From the NCBI GenBank assembly GCA_047601445.1, contig JASGJH010000001.1:9344001-9408000 (forward strand): a DNA stretch of 64,000 nt, read 5' to 3'. The notes below the pieces were generated by a model, which saw nothing but the letters and a program-made list of their open reading frames with translations, had not been told where the DNA came from and searched no databases. A program made the translations under genes and the position numbers. The stretch comes from Myxococcales bacterium (GTDB lineage Bacteria; Myxococcota_A; Polyangia; Polyangiales; DASUME01). How positions within the stretch are numbered: the first letter of the stretch is position 1; each line of letters begins with the position of its first letter. Shown in pieces: positions 10,305-20,618 of the stretch.

Positions 10305-11132
10305 TCATGTGGGGTTCGGAATGGGTTGCGGGGTCAGGTCGCTCGGGAAGGGCAGGTCGAAGCACGCCTGCGGTGTCGACGGGGCGGTCGCTTCCTCCGA
10401 CAGTGCGCCGGTGAAGGATCCCTGCCCGCCAAAGCCTGTCCCCTTCTCGCGCAGGTCCCATTTGCCATCGACAAACGACCTGGTCTTTGGATCGTAGCGA
10501 CCCGTCATCTTGCCTTTGGCGAAGTAGCGCGCCCAACCGCCGAAGGAATCCCAGTTCGAAGCGAGATACTCGAGACGCACCTCGAAATCGATGACCCCGG
10601 TCGTGCAGTCGACGGTTCCCAGCATCTCCAGCGTGTTGCCATAGGCGGTGTCGTCTTTTCCTCCCCACTTTTCCTCCCCAGGCGGTGGAGGGACGCAGGC
10701 TCCCTTGACCGAATAGAATTCGCCGTCGCCGTCGCGTACGAGCTCGAACGTCCACTCCGCGTCGATCGAACCAGTCATCCCGGGGGTTAACCCCCAGAGG
10801 CTCGAAGCCGAGGAACGATAGCTGCCCGTGGTTCTCCCTTTGTAGACCCCTGCGACGCAGAGGGCCTCGTCGCGCACCGCCGCTTCGCAGTCCTCACAAT
10901 CGCCAAACTCACCTGAGCTGCATGTGCGCTTTCCGTACTCGGTGTCCGAGCAGCTGCACACCTCCTGCTCGCCATCGATGCACTCGGCGTTGCCGCTGTC
11001 ATCGCTCGCGGCGTCCTCGTCTTGGTCGGGGGCTCCGGCGTCAGGTGGGTCTGAGGGCACTCCGTGACTCTCGGGTGAATCGCCGCATCCCGTCAGAATG
11101 CACAAGAGCAAGGGTATGGATAAGCGCTGCAT
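10305..11132 (-). CDS. Lipoprotein type A2
   Basis: Lipobox LTGC; CVAGVYKG, GEFYSV, GTVDCTTG and YDPKTRSFVDG; paralog of 6075-6854. Confidence 0.8.
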   Translation of the reverse strand: MQRLSIPLLLCILTGCGDSPESHGVPSDPPDAGAPDQDEDAASDDSGNAECIDGEQEVCSCSDTEYGKRTCSSGEFGDCEDCEAAVRDEALCVAGVYKGRTTGSYRSSASSLWGLTPGMTGSIDAEWTFELVRDGDGEFYSVKGACVPPPPGEEKWGGKDDTAYGNTLEMLGTVDCTTGVIDFEVRLEYLASNWDSFGGWARYFAKGKMTGRYDPKTRSFVDGKWDLREKGTGFGGQGSFTGALSEEATAPSTPQACFDLPFPSDLTPQPIPNPT

Positions 11133-11286
11133 CTGGGCCTCGCGTGTCGGCGGCCTAATTGCCAAGTATCTCTTGGTCGCACATGGGCCTCGATGAAGTC
11201 CATGCGCGGCCCGCCGGCTCGCACCGGCGATGAACCAGTTCGCACCAGTTTGTGTTCGGCACCGCGCGCCGAGAGGTGTAGATCCA

Positions 11287-13134
11287 ATGGCAATGTCGCA
11301 TTGGACCTGGCCGCGGATTCGCGCTCGCACGGCTTGGCTCAGCTGGCTGTCGCTGATGGCCTTTGCTCAGCTGGCGAGCGTGGCCCTGGACGCGGGGTTG
11401 AACGACGAGGCGCCGTCCTACCTCTGGCTGATGTTCTCGGCAGGCGCGACTGGGGCGTGGGCGGCGTTGCCCATCGTTCTGACGACCGTCCTAAACGCAC
11501 CCGACCGCCGTCGCGCTGGGTGGGGACGCTACCTGGGCTTTCACGCGCTGGGTTGGGTGCCTTTCGCCGTCGTGAGCACGGCGTTGCCTGAGCTATTGCT
11601 CTACGCAGCTGTGGTGCTGTTGGACGCTCCTCTGAAGATGAGTCCTCTGTCCGTGACGGCGGGCGCGGCGTTGCAGAGCAACGTACCCCTCTATGCCAGT
11701 CTCGTGACGTTGCTGACCACCTACGAAGAGTGGTCGCACAACCGCGTCCTCGAACTCGAGTCCGCCCGCCTGCAACGCGAGATCGCCCAGGCAGAGCTCG
11801 AGGTGGTGCGCTCGCGACTCGATCCGGAACGGGCCTACGCTGCCCTGGTGGCGGCGCGCGATTGCCTCCCCGCTCATCCCGATCGCTGCGAGCTGCACAT
11901 TCAGGAGCTCGGCGATGCATTGCGGATCTCGCTCTCGGATGCACGTCCCGACGAATCGACCCTCCCTGTAATTGCGTCACCGGCAAGGCCGCACGTGCCC
12001 GCGACTCCGGGGGCCGAGCGACCTCCGCTTCACGAGCCAGCGACACCGCAGCCTCCGCAACAGACCACGCTACGACTCGCTTGGCTCGCGATCGGTTGGC
12101 TGGTCGCGATGCTAATCGCAGCGGGCTCGCACGTCGCCTACCCTCAATTCGGCAAGCTCCACTATGTCGCAGCCACTGGGCGTGCCGTGGGCGCCTGGCT
12201 GGCGCTTCCGATCATCTCCAGGGCGGTCGCGTGGGCAGGTACGCCGCGCTTGCGCTCTGGCCGGTTCGTCGCTCGATACCTCATGGGGTTCGTTGGCTTC
12301 GCGCTGGTGTGGGCGCTCGTGGCTCCGCTCGTTCGCGAGGCCCTCGCATGGTTGACGGGGATCTCGTTGCCGCCTTCGAGCCTCGTCGGTAGCTTCCTGA
12401 CCGAGCTCCAGCTCGTTGGGACCGTGCATCTTGCGCTGGCGGCGGGCTTCATGGCTGCGTCGGCCGGGCGGCTGCGACGTGAGACCGAGCTGCGGGCCGA
12501 GATGCTTCGCCGGGCGCTCGCGGAAAGCCAGCTGGGTGTCCTGGACGCGCACCTCGACCCCCACTTCTTGTTCAACGCCTTGAACACCCTTGGCGAGATG
12601 GCCTACGAGGATCCGCAGCGCGCGCGGATTTTGATCGACGCCTTGCGTGCACTTCTGCGCGACGCGCTCGCCTACGACGGACCACAGTGGACGGTCGCTC
12701 AGGAGGAGCTGCGTACACAGCAATTTGCCGACTTCGTCGTGGCGCGATTCGATGAGCGCGTGCGTGTGCTCTGGGCCGTGCCTTCCGAACTCGCACAGAT
12801 CTCGATCCCACGTCTGAGTCTGCAGTCGCTGGTGGAGAACGCAGTCAAGCACAACCAACACCGGCTCGAACCCTTGACGATTCGCGTCGAGGGGCAGCGC
12901 GAGGGGAGTCATGCGCGCTTTCGTGTGAGTGATGATGGCGACGGGCTTCGTGCACCAGTCGAGTCAAAAGCGCGCAATCGCTCGCACGGTCCAACGCAGC
13001 GCCGCGGTGGACTATCGCGGCTGGTCGAGATGCTCTGGTTGCTGCACGGCGAAGAAGCGAGTCTCGAGGTGTCTGCAGCGCACGCCCAGGGCATGCTGGT
13101 GGAGCTGCGCGTACCTCTCGGGAGGCAAGTGTGA
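11287..13134 (+). CDS. LytS-family histidine kinase with duplicated N-terminal membrane/pseudo-DHp module
   Basis: Intact C-terminal LDPHFLFNALN, LVENAVKH and DDGDG; the N-terminal copy has degenerate RLDPERAYAAL. Start could be 11230. Confidence 0.88.
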   Translation: MAMSHWTWPRIRARTAWLSWLSLMAFAQLASVALDAGLNDEAPSYLWLMFSAGATGAWAALPIVLTTVLNAPDRRRAGWGRYLGFHALGWVPFAVVSTALPELLLYAAVVLLDAPLKMSPLSVTAGAALQSNVPLYASLVTLLTTYEEWSHNRVLELESARLQREIAQAELEVVRSRLDPERAYAALVAARDCLPAHPDRCELHIQELGDALRISLSDARPDESTLPVIASPARPHVPATPGAERPPLHEPATPQPPQQTTLRLAWLAIGWLVAMLIAAGSHVAYPQFGKLHYVAATGRAVGAWLALPIISRAVAWAGTPRLRSGRFVARYLMGFVGFALVWALVAPLVREALAWLTGISLPPSSLVGSFLTELQLVGTVHLALAAGFMAASAGRLRRETELRAEMLRRALAESQLGVLDAHLDPHFLFNALNTLGEMAYEDPQRARILIDALRALLRDALAYDGPQWTVAQEELRTQQFADFVVARFDERVRVLWAVPSELAQISIPRLSLQSLVENAVKHNQHRLEPLTIRVEGQREGSHARFRVSDDGDGLRAPVESKARNRSHGPTQRRGGLSRLVEMLWLLHGEEASLEVSAAHAQGMLVELRVPLGRQV

Positions 13135-13901
13135 CACTTCGTGTATTGATCGTGGACGACGAACGCCTCGCGCGGGTCAAGGTCGCGCGCTTCCTGGAGA
13201 GCGACGATAGGTTCCGCGTGGTGGGTGAAGCGTGCAACGGGGTGCAGGCGCTTGAACGGATCGAGGAACTCGAGCCCGATCTGGTGGTGCTGGACATCCA
13301 GATGCCCGGCCTCGACGGCTTCGAGGTGCTGGATGCATTCGGAGGGGAGGCGCCATTCACCGTGATCTTCTCGACTGCCTACGATCGCTACGCGCTGGAC
13401 GCCTTCAACGCCCACGCCGTGGACTACCTGCTCAAGCCGTACGACCGGGAGCGGTTCAACCGCGCGCTACAGAAGGCCTTTGACCAGCGTACGGTCGCGG
13501 TTCGTCGGCACGCCGCCTTGGTTGAGGGCGCCCTCGGCGAGACCCGCTCCAAGCTCGTCGTCAAGGAGGTCGAGGGCCCGTGGCACGCCCTGCACTTGTC
13601 GCGGGTTCACCGGCTCTCGGCCGCGAACAAGTACGCGCGCGTGGTGGTGGACGGCCGCGAGATTCTCGTGCGTAGGCCGCTCAGCGAGCTTGCCAAGCTG
13701 CTCGACGACCGCTTCGTGCGTGTGCAACGAGGGGAAGTCGTGCGCATCGGGGCGGTGGTGCGGCTCGAACCACGAGGACACGGTGACGCCACGCTGCACT
13801 TGGTCGATGGTAGCCGGGTGTCGCTTTCCCGGACCTTTCGTCAAGGATTCGAGGCGCTTTGGAGGTCTGAAGACAAGCAGGGCCTGGCAGTCAAGCCATG
13901 A
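13131..13901 (+). CDS. LytTR-family response regulator
   Basis: REC plus LytTR; close paralog of 8804-9550; GTGA overlap with the kinase. Confidence 0.95.
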   Translation: MTLRVLIVDDERLARVKVARFLESDDRFRVVGEACNGVQALERIEELEPDLVVLDIQMPGLDGFEVLDAFGGEAPFTVIFSTAYDRYALDAFNAHAVDYLLKPYDRERFNRALQKAFDQRTVAVRRHAALVEGALGETRSKLVVKEVEGPWHALHLSRVHRLSAANKYARVVVDGREILVRRPLSELAKLLDDRFVRVQRGEVVRIGAVVRLEPRGHGDATLHLVDGSRVSLSRTFRQGFEALWRSEDKQGLAVKP

Positions 13902-14024
13902 GGGGAGCGAGTGCTACCCGGAACCCTGCCCGGCGTGAGCGCCTGGTGATCGCCACCAACGGGGTCTACGCGCCGCCTTCGAGCTTCGTGATGGAGAAGG
14001 GGTACACGCCGTACTGACGCGCGG

Positions 14025-14591
14025 CTACTTGCTCTGCGCGCGCAGGGTCTTGAGCGCGCCGCCCCAGGCCAACACCTGGTCGAGCACCACGTTCACTTCC
14101 TGCTCGTGACGCGGGCTGGGGTTGAACTTGGAGAAGTGCTCGAAGTCCGTGTACACCGAGAGCATCACCTGGGCGCGTACGTCGGCCACCATCAGCTCGC
14201 CCATCACCAGGCGCAAGGACTCCACGGCACGCGCGCCGCCGGCGCTTCCGTAGCTCACGAACCCCGCGGCCTTGTTGTTCCACTCGGCGTACAGATAGTC
14301 GATGGCGTTCTTGAGCGCCGCCGACACGCCGTGGTTGTACTCGGGTGTGACGAACACGAACGCATCCAGGGAGCTGATCTTCGCCGCCCACGCCTTGGTG
14401 TGGGGCTTCGAGTACTGAGCCATCATTGGCGGCACCGGCTCGTCGAGCAGCGGCAAGTTGAAGGACGCGATGTCCACCAGCTCGTACTCGGCGTCCGTAC
14501 GCTTCTTGGCGATGTTGTGGACCCATTCGGCGACCGCGATGTTGTTGCGCCCAGGACGCGTGCTCCCGGTCAAAACCCCGACTCTCAGCAT
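14025..14591 (-). CDS. NADPH-dependent FMN reductase
   Basis: GSTRPGR, TPEYNHG, LKNAID and VSYG motifs. Confidence 0.93.
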   Translation of the reverse strand: MLRVGVLTGSTRPGRNNIAVAEWVHNIAKKRTDAEYELVDIASFNLPLLDEPVPPMMAQYSKPHTKAWAAKISSLDAFVFVTPEYNHGVSAALKNAIDYLYAEWNNKAAGFVSYGSAGGARAVESLRLVMGELMVADVRAQVMLSVYTDFEHFSKFNPSPRHEQEVNVVLDQVLAWGGALKTLRAQSK

Positions 14592-14782
14592 CGTTTCTCT
14601 TCCTCCAGCTTTGGTCCCGGGAGAGGGTAACCTGCGGCGTTCCGTGTTCGCTATGGTGAGCTTCGTTCAGGTGTGCGCAACGCGTTCACGCGCGCGCGCC
14701 CGTGGGCGTGCGTTGGGCAGCTCGCTGTTGACAATGCCGGGTTCGAATCCTCACAATGAGCCCCAATCGAGGTTCCAGTAAG

Positions 14783-15205
14783 ATGACCATGGCAATTAGT
14801 CGCCTGGGACGAGTGATGGTGGCCGTTCACGACGCCGCCCCTCCCACCGACGATGAATGGGCTCGCTGGGTAGCGCTGGTTGGTGAACCGAGCTCCCCCG
14901 AATTGCGTCTATTGGTTGAGACCACTGGCCAAGGTGGGCCGAATGCCAAGCAACGCAAGTTGCTCGCCGAGGCCACCCATGGGCTGGACGTGCGCTGTGC
15001 CATCCTCTCGGACTCCTTGGCAGTGCGCGGTGTTATCACGGCGCTCGCTTGGCTCGGGCTCGCCCAACGCGCCTTCGTGCCGGGCGATCATCGCGGCGCC
15101 GTCGACTACCTCGGCCTTTCCCCGAAGGAGTACGCCGAGCTCCTCGAGTGCTTGCCCAAGCTCCGCCGAATGTGTGGGTTCATGGAGCAGCGCGCGGCCC
15201 GCTGA
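14783..15205 (+). CDS. Hypothetical protein, STAS/SEC14-like small domain
   Basis: PTDDEW, GGPNAKQR and VRGVITAL pattern resembling myxobacterial STAS-like proteins. Confidence 0.6.
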   Translation: MTMAISRLGRVMVAVHDAAPPTDDEWARWVALVGEPSSPELRLLVETTGQGGPNAKQRKLLAEATHGLDVRCAILSDSLAVRGVITALAWLGLAQRAFVPGDHRGAVDYLGLSPKEYAELLECLPKLRRMCGFMEQRAAR

Positions 15206-15253
15206 GCGCGAATGTGGGCGGGGTGTCTGCCCTGCCAGCGCGGCGAGAATGAT

Positions 15254-17233
15254 CTAGCGTGTCGACTCGCCGAGCGCGTCGGCGATGGCCGCGATCAGCT
15301 CCTCGGCCGTGAAGGGCTTACGCAGGACGGGATGTCCCAGCCCCGCGTGCACGGCTTCCTCGCTGTAGCCAGTGATGAACAGCACGCGCGGCTTCGAACC
15401 GTTGCCCGCCATGCGTGCTACCAACTCCGGCCCTCGCATGTGCGCCATGACGACGTCACAGATCACGAGGTCCAGCGCCGCTCCGCGTTCGCTCCAGACT
15501 TGCAGAGCGTCGTCGGGGCGACTGGCCACTCGCACCGTATGGCCGCGCCGCTCGAGGATGTGTCGGGTCACCTCGCCGATGCGACTCTCATCGTCGACCA
15601 CGAGGAGCTCGAGCGGACGCAGGCTGCGCCCGCGCGGCCGAGTGAGCGCGCGCTGACCCTCCGTGTGCGCATTGTTGGCCTCGGCTGCCGGCAGCACGAT
15701 GGTGAAGATGGTCCCACCCCCTGGGCGAGCGTCCACGCGCACCGTGCCGCCGTGTTGCTCCGCGGTTCCGAGCACAGTCGCAAGCCCCAGTCCCGTGCCG
15801 CCCACCTGCTTTCGCGTGGTGAAGAAGGGCTCGAAGATATGGGGACGCACCGCCTCGTCGATGCCGGGCCCCTGATCGCTGACGGAGAACTCCACGCGCA
15901 GCGCGCCTTCCGCGACGCGTGCTCGGGTCCCGAGCTGCACCACCCCGCCTCCCGGCATCGCGTCGCGGGCGTTGACCACGAGGTTGACCAACGCGCGCTC
16001 GAACTCGAGGGGATCGACTCGCACTTCCGGCAAATCGGGCGCCAGGTCGATCTCGAGTCGCACCTCGTCGCCCACCAAGCGTTGCATCAACGTGATGGTG
16101 GAGCGCACGAGAGCGTTCGGCGCCACTTGCTTGAGCGATAGCTGTGCCTTGCGACCGAAGGCCAACAACCGATGTGTGAGGCTCGCCGCAGAGCTGAGCG
16201 CCTGCAGCGAGTTCTCGACCTCCGAGCTAGCGCCGATGCGGTCACTCAGTAGGTCGAGGTTGGCGATGATCACGGTCAGCAGGTTGTTGAAGTCATGGGC
16301 GATGCCTCCCGCCAGTCTGCCCACGGCCTCCATCTTCTGCGCGTGGGCGAGCTCTTCGCGCATGCGCACCTGGTCGGTCACGTCGAGCATGGTGCCGCGT
16401 ACCTCGCGCGTGCCGTCGAGACCCACCGCCGGAAAGCCCGTCAAGCGCACGTGGCGAATCTGCCCGTCGGGTCGCTGCAGTCGTCCATCGATTTCGCCGC
16501 CCTGCAAGTCGTCGAGGGCCTGTTCGTAGCGCGCCTGAAAGGCTGGCCTGTCCTCGGCCACCACGCGCTCGAGGAACAGCTCGGGCCGGGCCTCCACGTC
16601 TGGATCGATGCCCGCGATGCGACGAAACTCGCGCGACCACTCGATCTCTCCGTGGCTCGGATTCATACGCCAGCTGCCGAGCTGAGCAAACTGCTGGGCC
16701 TCTTCCAGCAGGGCAAGCGTGCGCAACAACTTGGCTTCGGTCTCGAGACTCTCGGTGCGGTCGAGCACGCCGCCGACCACCCTTCGCACGGTTCCCGCGG
16801 CGTCGTAGAGCATCGCGGTGGACGAGCGAGTATGGCGAATCGAGCCATCGGGCCGCACGACGCGGCAATCGTTGGGCGGCACCACGCCATCGCGTGCTTG
16901 ACGCTCGGCCGCCTGGGCGCTCGCGCGGTCCTCGGGATGCACCGAGGCCATGAAGGTCTCCACCGAGGGCGTGACGCTGCCCGGCTCGAGCCCGAGGATC
17001 CGATACAGCTCGTCGGACCAGGTGACGCGGCCACTGGCGACGTCCCAGGTCCATGTGCCCAGGTGCGCCACACTCTCGGCATCGCGCAAGAGCTCTTCAC
17101 GTTCGGCCAGCGAGACGCCGTCGGTGTCTTCGTGTCGGGCCGCCGCCCGCTGCAGCTCCGCCACCTTGAGGCGCAGCCCCACGACCTCTTGCTGCAGAGC
17201 GCGGAAATGCTCGCCCCTCGCTCCATCCCCCAT
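15254..17233 (-). CDS. PAS-PAS hybrid sensor histidine kinase / response regulator
   Basis: Two PAS_3-type domains; [21 protein letters not shown] and GTGLGL; C-terminal REC. Confidence 0.95.
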   Translation of the reverse strand: MGDGARGEHFRALQQEVVGLRLKVAELQRAAARHEDTDGVSLAEREELLRDAESVAHLGTWTWDVASGRVTWSDELYRILGLEPGSVTPSVETFMASVHPEDRASAQAAERQARDGVVPPNDCRVVRPDGSIRHTRSSTAMLYDAAGTVRRVVGGVLDRTESLETEAKLLRTLALLEEAQQFAQLGSWRMNPSHGEIEWSREFRRIAGIDPDVEARPELFLERVVAEDRPAFQARYEQALDDLQGGEIDGRLQRPDGQIRHVRLTGFPAVGLDGTREVRGTMLDVTDQVRMREELAHAQKMEAVGRLAGGIAHDFNNLLTVIIANLDLLSDRIGASSEVENSLQALSSAASLTHRLLAFGRKAQLSLKQVAPNALVRSTITLMQRLVGDEVRLEIDLAPDLPEVRVDPLEFERALVNLVVNARDAMPGGGVVQLGTRARVAEGALRVEFSVSDQGPGIDEAVRPHIFEPFFTTRKQVGGTGLGLATVLGTAEQHGGTVRVDARPGGGTIFTIVLPAAEANNAHTEGQRALTRPRGRSLRPLELLVVDDESRIGEVTRHILERRGHTVRVASRPDDALQVWSERGAALDLVICDVVMAHMRGPELVARMAGNGSKPRVLFITGYSEEAVHAGLGHPVLRKPFTAEELIAAIADALGESTR

Positions 17234-17273
17234 TTCAGGAGCCTAACACAAAGGTGCTCGGCCCTGCCTCGAC

Positions 17274-17936
17274 TCAGTCGGCGGGTCGATAGAGCATGAG
17301 CCCCGCGTAGCTGCACACCAGGGCAGTCGACTCGTCTGCCGACGAGCCCGCAGGCAACCAAACGCGACCGTTGCCCGTGACGTCCACCGCGCCGAGCGCA
17401 CCGCCAGGGCTCTTGAACTGATAGCCGAGCGCGGCCTTCACCGGACCGCCGCTCTGGGGCTGATGCAGCACCGTCAACGCGTAGGCGTTTCCGATGATCT
17501 GCGCGCGTCCCGTGCCGTTCGTGATGGTCACGTCCGCCCGCGGTGTGTTGTCTTCCGCACACCAGCAGTGGAAGCTCGAGGTCACCTTGGCGAAGCCTGC
17601 CTTGCCCCTGGATTCGTACTCTGCCGTGCATTCTCCGTGCAGGGCATGGGCCGCTGCCTTGAGCTCGAAGCGATAAGCGCTCTTGCGCGCGAGGCGCTGG
17701 AAGCCGCCTGCGTTCTGCTGCGAGCTCTGGTCGAAGTCACGATCGATTCCAGTGACCAGATAGTCGCCGACGTGAATATCCTTCTCCCGGAAGCTCGTGC
17801 GGAAGCCGGACGAGTAGCCTTGCACGGGGAGCTCGCGCGCATCCTTGACGGCGATCGGGGCCCTGAGCACGTGCTTCGTGCAGCCGCCGCCGAGCAGGGC
17901 GAGCGACAATGCGGTGGGGGCGATCCAGGGCTTCAT
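17274..17936 (-). CDS. Hypothetical lipoprotein
   Basis: Signal peptide ending LGGGC; coding-like ORF. Confidence 0.65.
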   Translation of the reverse strand: MKPWIAPTALSLALLGGGCTKHVLRAPIAVKDARELPVQGYSSGFRTSFREKDIHVGDYLVTGIDRDFDQSSQQNAGGFQRLARKSAYRFELKAAAHALHGECTAEYESRGKAGFAKVTSSFHCWCAEDNTPRADVTITNGTGRAQIIGNAYALTVLHQPQSGGPVKAALGYQFKSPGGALGAVDVTGNGRVWLPAGSSADESTALVCSYAGLMLYRPAD

Positions 17937-18080
17937 GGGCGTACTTCTCCTCGCACAGCGGCCGCACGGACGACACCCGCGCGACGCCCCAAGCATGCGT
18001 CGAGCCCGTGAAAATGCATCCGTTCGTGCGCGCTCGGGCGGGGAAGAGGGCCGCTCGCGCAGCACGCGCCTGGCGCGGGC

Positions 18081-18443
18081 CTAGCGGCGGTGCCCGCGGC
18101 CCGGACTCGGCGAGGTCACCAGAATGGCCCACAGCAGGGCCACGGCGCCCACCGCGGCGCCGATGATGGGGAAGGGGATTGCCACCAACAGCCCCGCAGC
18201 CACCGCCTTTTGCCAGACGGCTCCGGGCGCATCGGGGTTGCGCGTGTGCTCCGTCCAACCCACGAAGGCGGCGCACGCGGAGCTTCCGATCAGCGTGGTC
18301 AGGAGCATCGAGCGCGCACCCAGCAACCAGTTCGCCCCATACATCAGCCAGTCGATCACGAGCATGCTCAACGCGCTTGCGGCGTGCAGGGGCGCCAGGG
18401 GGGCGGACTTGTGGGGCTCATCGTGATGGATGGGGGCGTTCAT
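18081..18443 (-). CDS. Small hypothetical membrane protein
   Basis: Several hydrophobic helices; codirectional with its neighbours. Confidence 0.6.
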   Translation of the reverse strand: MNAPIHHDEPHKSAPLAPLHAASALSMLVIDWLMYGANWLLGARSMLLTTLIGSSACAAFVGWTEHTRNPDAPGAVWQKAVAAGLLVAIPFPIIGAAVGAVALLWAILVTSPSPGRGHRR

Positions 18444-18541
18444 GGAGTACTCCAAAAGCCGGCGTCTCCGCGGCGATGGAAGAATCAGGTGCAGGTTCTG
18501 CACCAACGCTCGAAAGCGCCCGCATGAGCCCAGGCCCGCGA

Positions 18542-20281
18542 TCAATCGTGCTTGAAGGTATCGCCCACCAAAGAGCGCAGCATGGCCTGAGCATCCCCGA
18601 CCGTGCTGGGCATGGCCCTGGCTTGCAGCCCGGGCGCGGCGAAGCGGGAGAGGGCCAGGCCCACGATGGTCTGCTCGAGGTCGTTGAGGGGGCGCCCGTC
18701 GACATCGGAGGGAGGCGGCGGGACGGGTCGAGGCGTTGGCGACGGCCAGCTCGAAGGTACGCGCACCGCATCAAGGTTGATGGCGTCCGCCAGATCGGGT
18801 GCATCGCGATCACGGTCGGTGAGGGCGGATAGCCCGAACCTCTGGCACAGAGTGCGCACCAGGGCCGCGTGGTGAAGGGGCCGGTTGATCACCGTGTTGG
18901 CCTGCGTATAGGCCGAGATGACGATGGCGGGAACGCGCAGGCCCAGGCGGTCGAACATGAAGCCGAGCTCGCCCTCGGGCTGCGGGTTCTGCGGCGTCGT
19001 GGCGGGCGGCGGGGCCACGTGATCGAAGCAGTTGCCGTGCTCGTCGAAGGTGAGCAGGAGCAGCGTGTTCAGCGCGTTGGACCCGGTCTGCGCCGCGCTG
19101 TTCTTCACGGCCGTATACACGTCGTACACGAGCTGATCGCCGGCACGCACGTCGGACCAGCCTCCGATGGGGAGGTCCGCGCTCAGGGGGGCTGGGGGGT
19201 GGTAGTCGTTGTTGTTGTAGAGCATGCGCGGTTCCACGAACGCGTAGGTCGGCAGCGTTCCGGCCTGCACGTGCTGGTAGAACTCAGTCATGGTGTAGAA
19301 GTTCGTGCGCCAGAAGGGCACCAGCATCAGCCCGTGCAGCAACGCCGTGAGCGGCACGACCTGCGATTCGTCGTAGTACACCGCCCAGCTGATGCCGGCC
19401 TCCGAGAGGCGGTTGAAGATGGTGAGCGCGTCGTTCGCGAGCCACTTCGAATAGGGCTCGTTCACCACGAAGCCCGAAGACGAAGACGCGTGGAAGAAGG
19501 AGCGGTTGGGGATGGTCTCCGTGGGGACCGCGCAGAACCAGGCGTCGTAGACAGCGAACTCCTTGGCCAACGTGTTGATCACGGGCAGCTGCTCGGGGCT
19601 GAAGCTGTCCATGATCACGCGGTACTCGTCGAAGGTCGGATTGCGCCCCTTGAGCGTGCGGAAGTTGTTGCAGTAGTCCCACACGAAGCCGTCCATGGTG
19701 GCGGGCGTTCCGGGCGGGGGGGCGTTGTACGGCGGCAGCATTTCGCTGGCGTCGCGGAAGGCGTTCTCAGGCGGGTCCACGATGCTGTAGAGCGCCGTGT
19801 TCACGTGCTGATATTCCTCGCCCGGGTCGGGGTTCGGATTCTGCATGTCGGCGTCGGTGCCCGGACTCACGCGGTTGGCCACGTACTTGTTGCCGTCGTC
19901 GATGTAGTCCGGCACGGGATTGCGGAATTCCTTGCCCGCGAGCCCGTTGAACATTTGATTGCGCGGCTCGCCAGCCGGGTAGCAGTAGCCGAGCAAACTA
20001 TCGAAGGAACGATTCTCGAACATCACCACCACGAAGTGGTCGAACTGCTTGAATGGTGTGTCCGGCCCGGGTGGGGGCGGTGTCGTCGTATCGTCGTCGT
20101 TCTTGGGAAAGATGCAGCCGCTCACGAGGGCGGCGCTGGCGGCCGCAGAGGCCTTGAAGAAATCACGTCGACCCGTCACGCCGTCGCTGCTCGATGGGTT
20201 GGTGGGCTGCGCGGCCTCGACAGCGGGGGGCTCGAGACTATCGGAGTCTTCGGGCTTACGACCGGACTCGTCGTCGCTCAT
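18542..20281 (-). CDS. Phosphoesterase (phospholipase C / acid phosphatase family), Tat-exported lipoprotein
   Basis: Tat motif GRRDFFK followed by LVSGC; FENRSFD, TIPNR and TFDEHG...DHV. Confidence 0.92.
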   Translation of the reverse strand: MSDDESGRKPEDSDSLEPPAVEAAQPTNPSSSDGVTGRRDFFKASAAASAALVSGCIFPKNDDDTTTPPPPGPDTPFKQFDHFVVVMFENRSFDSLLGYCYPAGEPRNQMFNGLAGKEFRNPVPDYIDDGNKYVANRVSPGTDADMQNPNPDPGEEYQHVNTALYSIVDPPENAFRDASEMLPPYNAPPPGTPATMDGFVWDYCNNFRTLKGRNPTFDEYRVIMDSFSPEQLPVINTLAKEFAVYDAWFCAVPTETIPNRSFFHASSSSGFVVNEPYSKWLANDALTIFNRLSEAGISWAVYYDESQVVPLTALLHGLMLVPFWRTNFYTMTEFYQHVQAGTLPTYAFVEPRMLYNNNDYHPPAPLSADLPIGGWSDVRAGDQLVYDVYTAVKNSAAQTGSNALNTLLLLTFDEHGNCFDHVAPPPATTPQNPQPEGELGFMFDRLGLRVPAIVISAYTQANTVINRPLHHAALVRTLCQRFGLSALTDRDRDAPDLADAINLDAVRVPSSWPSPTPRPVPPPPSDVDGRPLNDLEQTIVGLALSRFAAPGLQARAMPSTVGDAQAMLRSLVGDTFKHD

Positions 20282-20618
20282 GGTTCGTTCGCTCCTGGAC
20301 GCTAGAGCGAACCACGGTGCCACGGCGTGCGCGTTCCTCAAAGCAAGTTTTTATCGAGTCTCTTGCGTGTCTTGACGCGTGGAATCCCCATTTTTGAGCG
20401 GACACGTTCCCAGGGAGCGAGGGGCGCGAACTCGCCACCCGATGCGCTCGGAGCGCTCCAGGATGGGGGCGGGCGTCCACTACGGCCTGGCTGACTTGCA
20501 CGTTCGGTTGTGTCTTGTATAGAGGACGCTGCTCCGTTCGGCGCGACTGGCGACTCTCGGTGGCAGGCGATCTGCAGTCGATTGCCGAGCTGGGCGTTCG
20601 CGAAGCCGGCTAGCTGTC

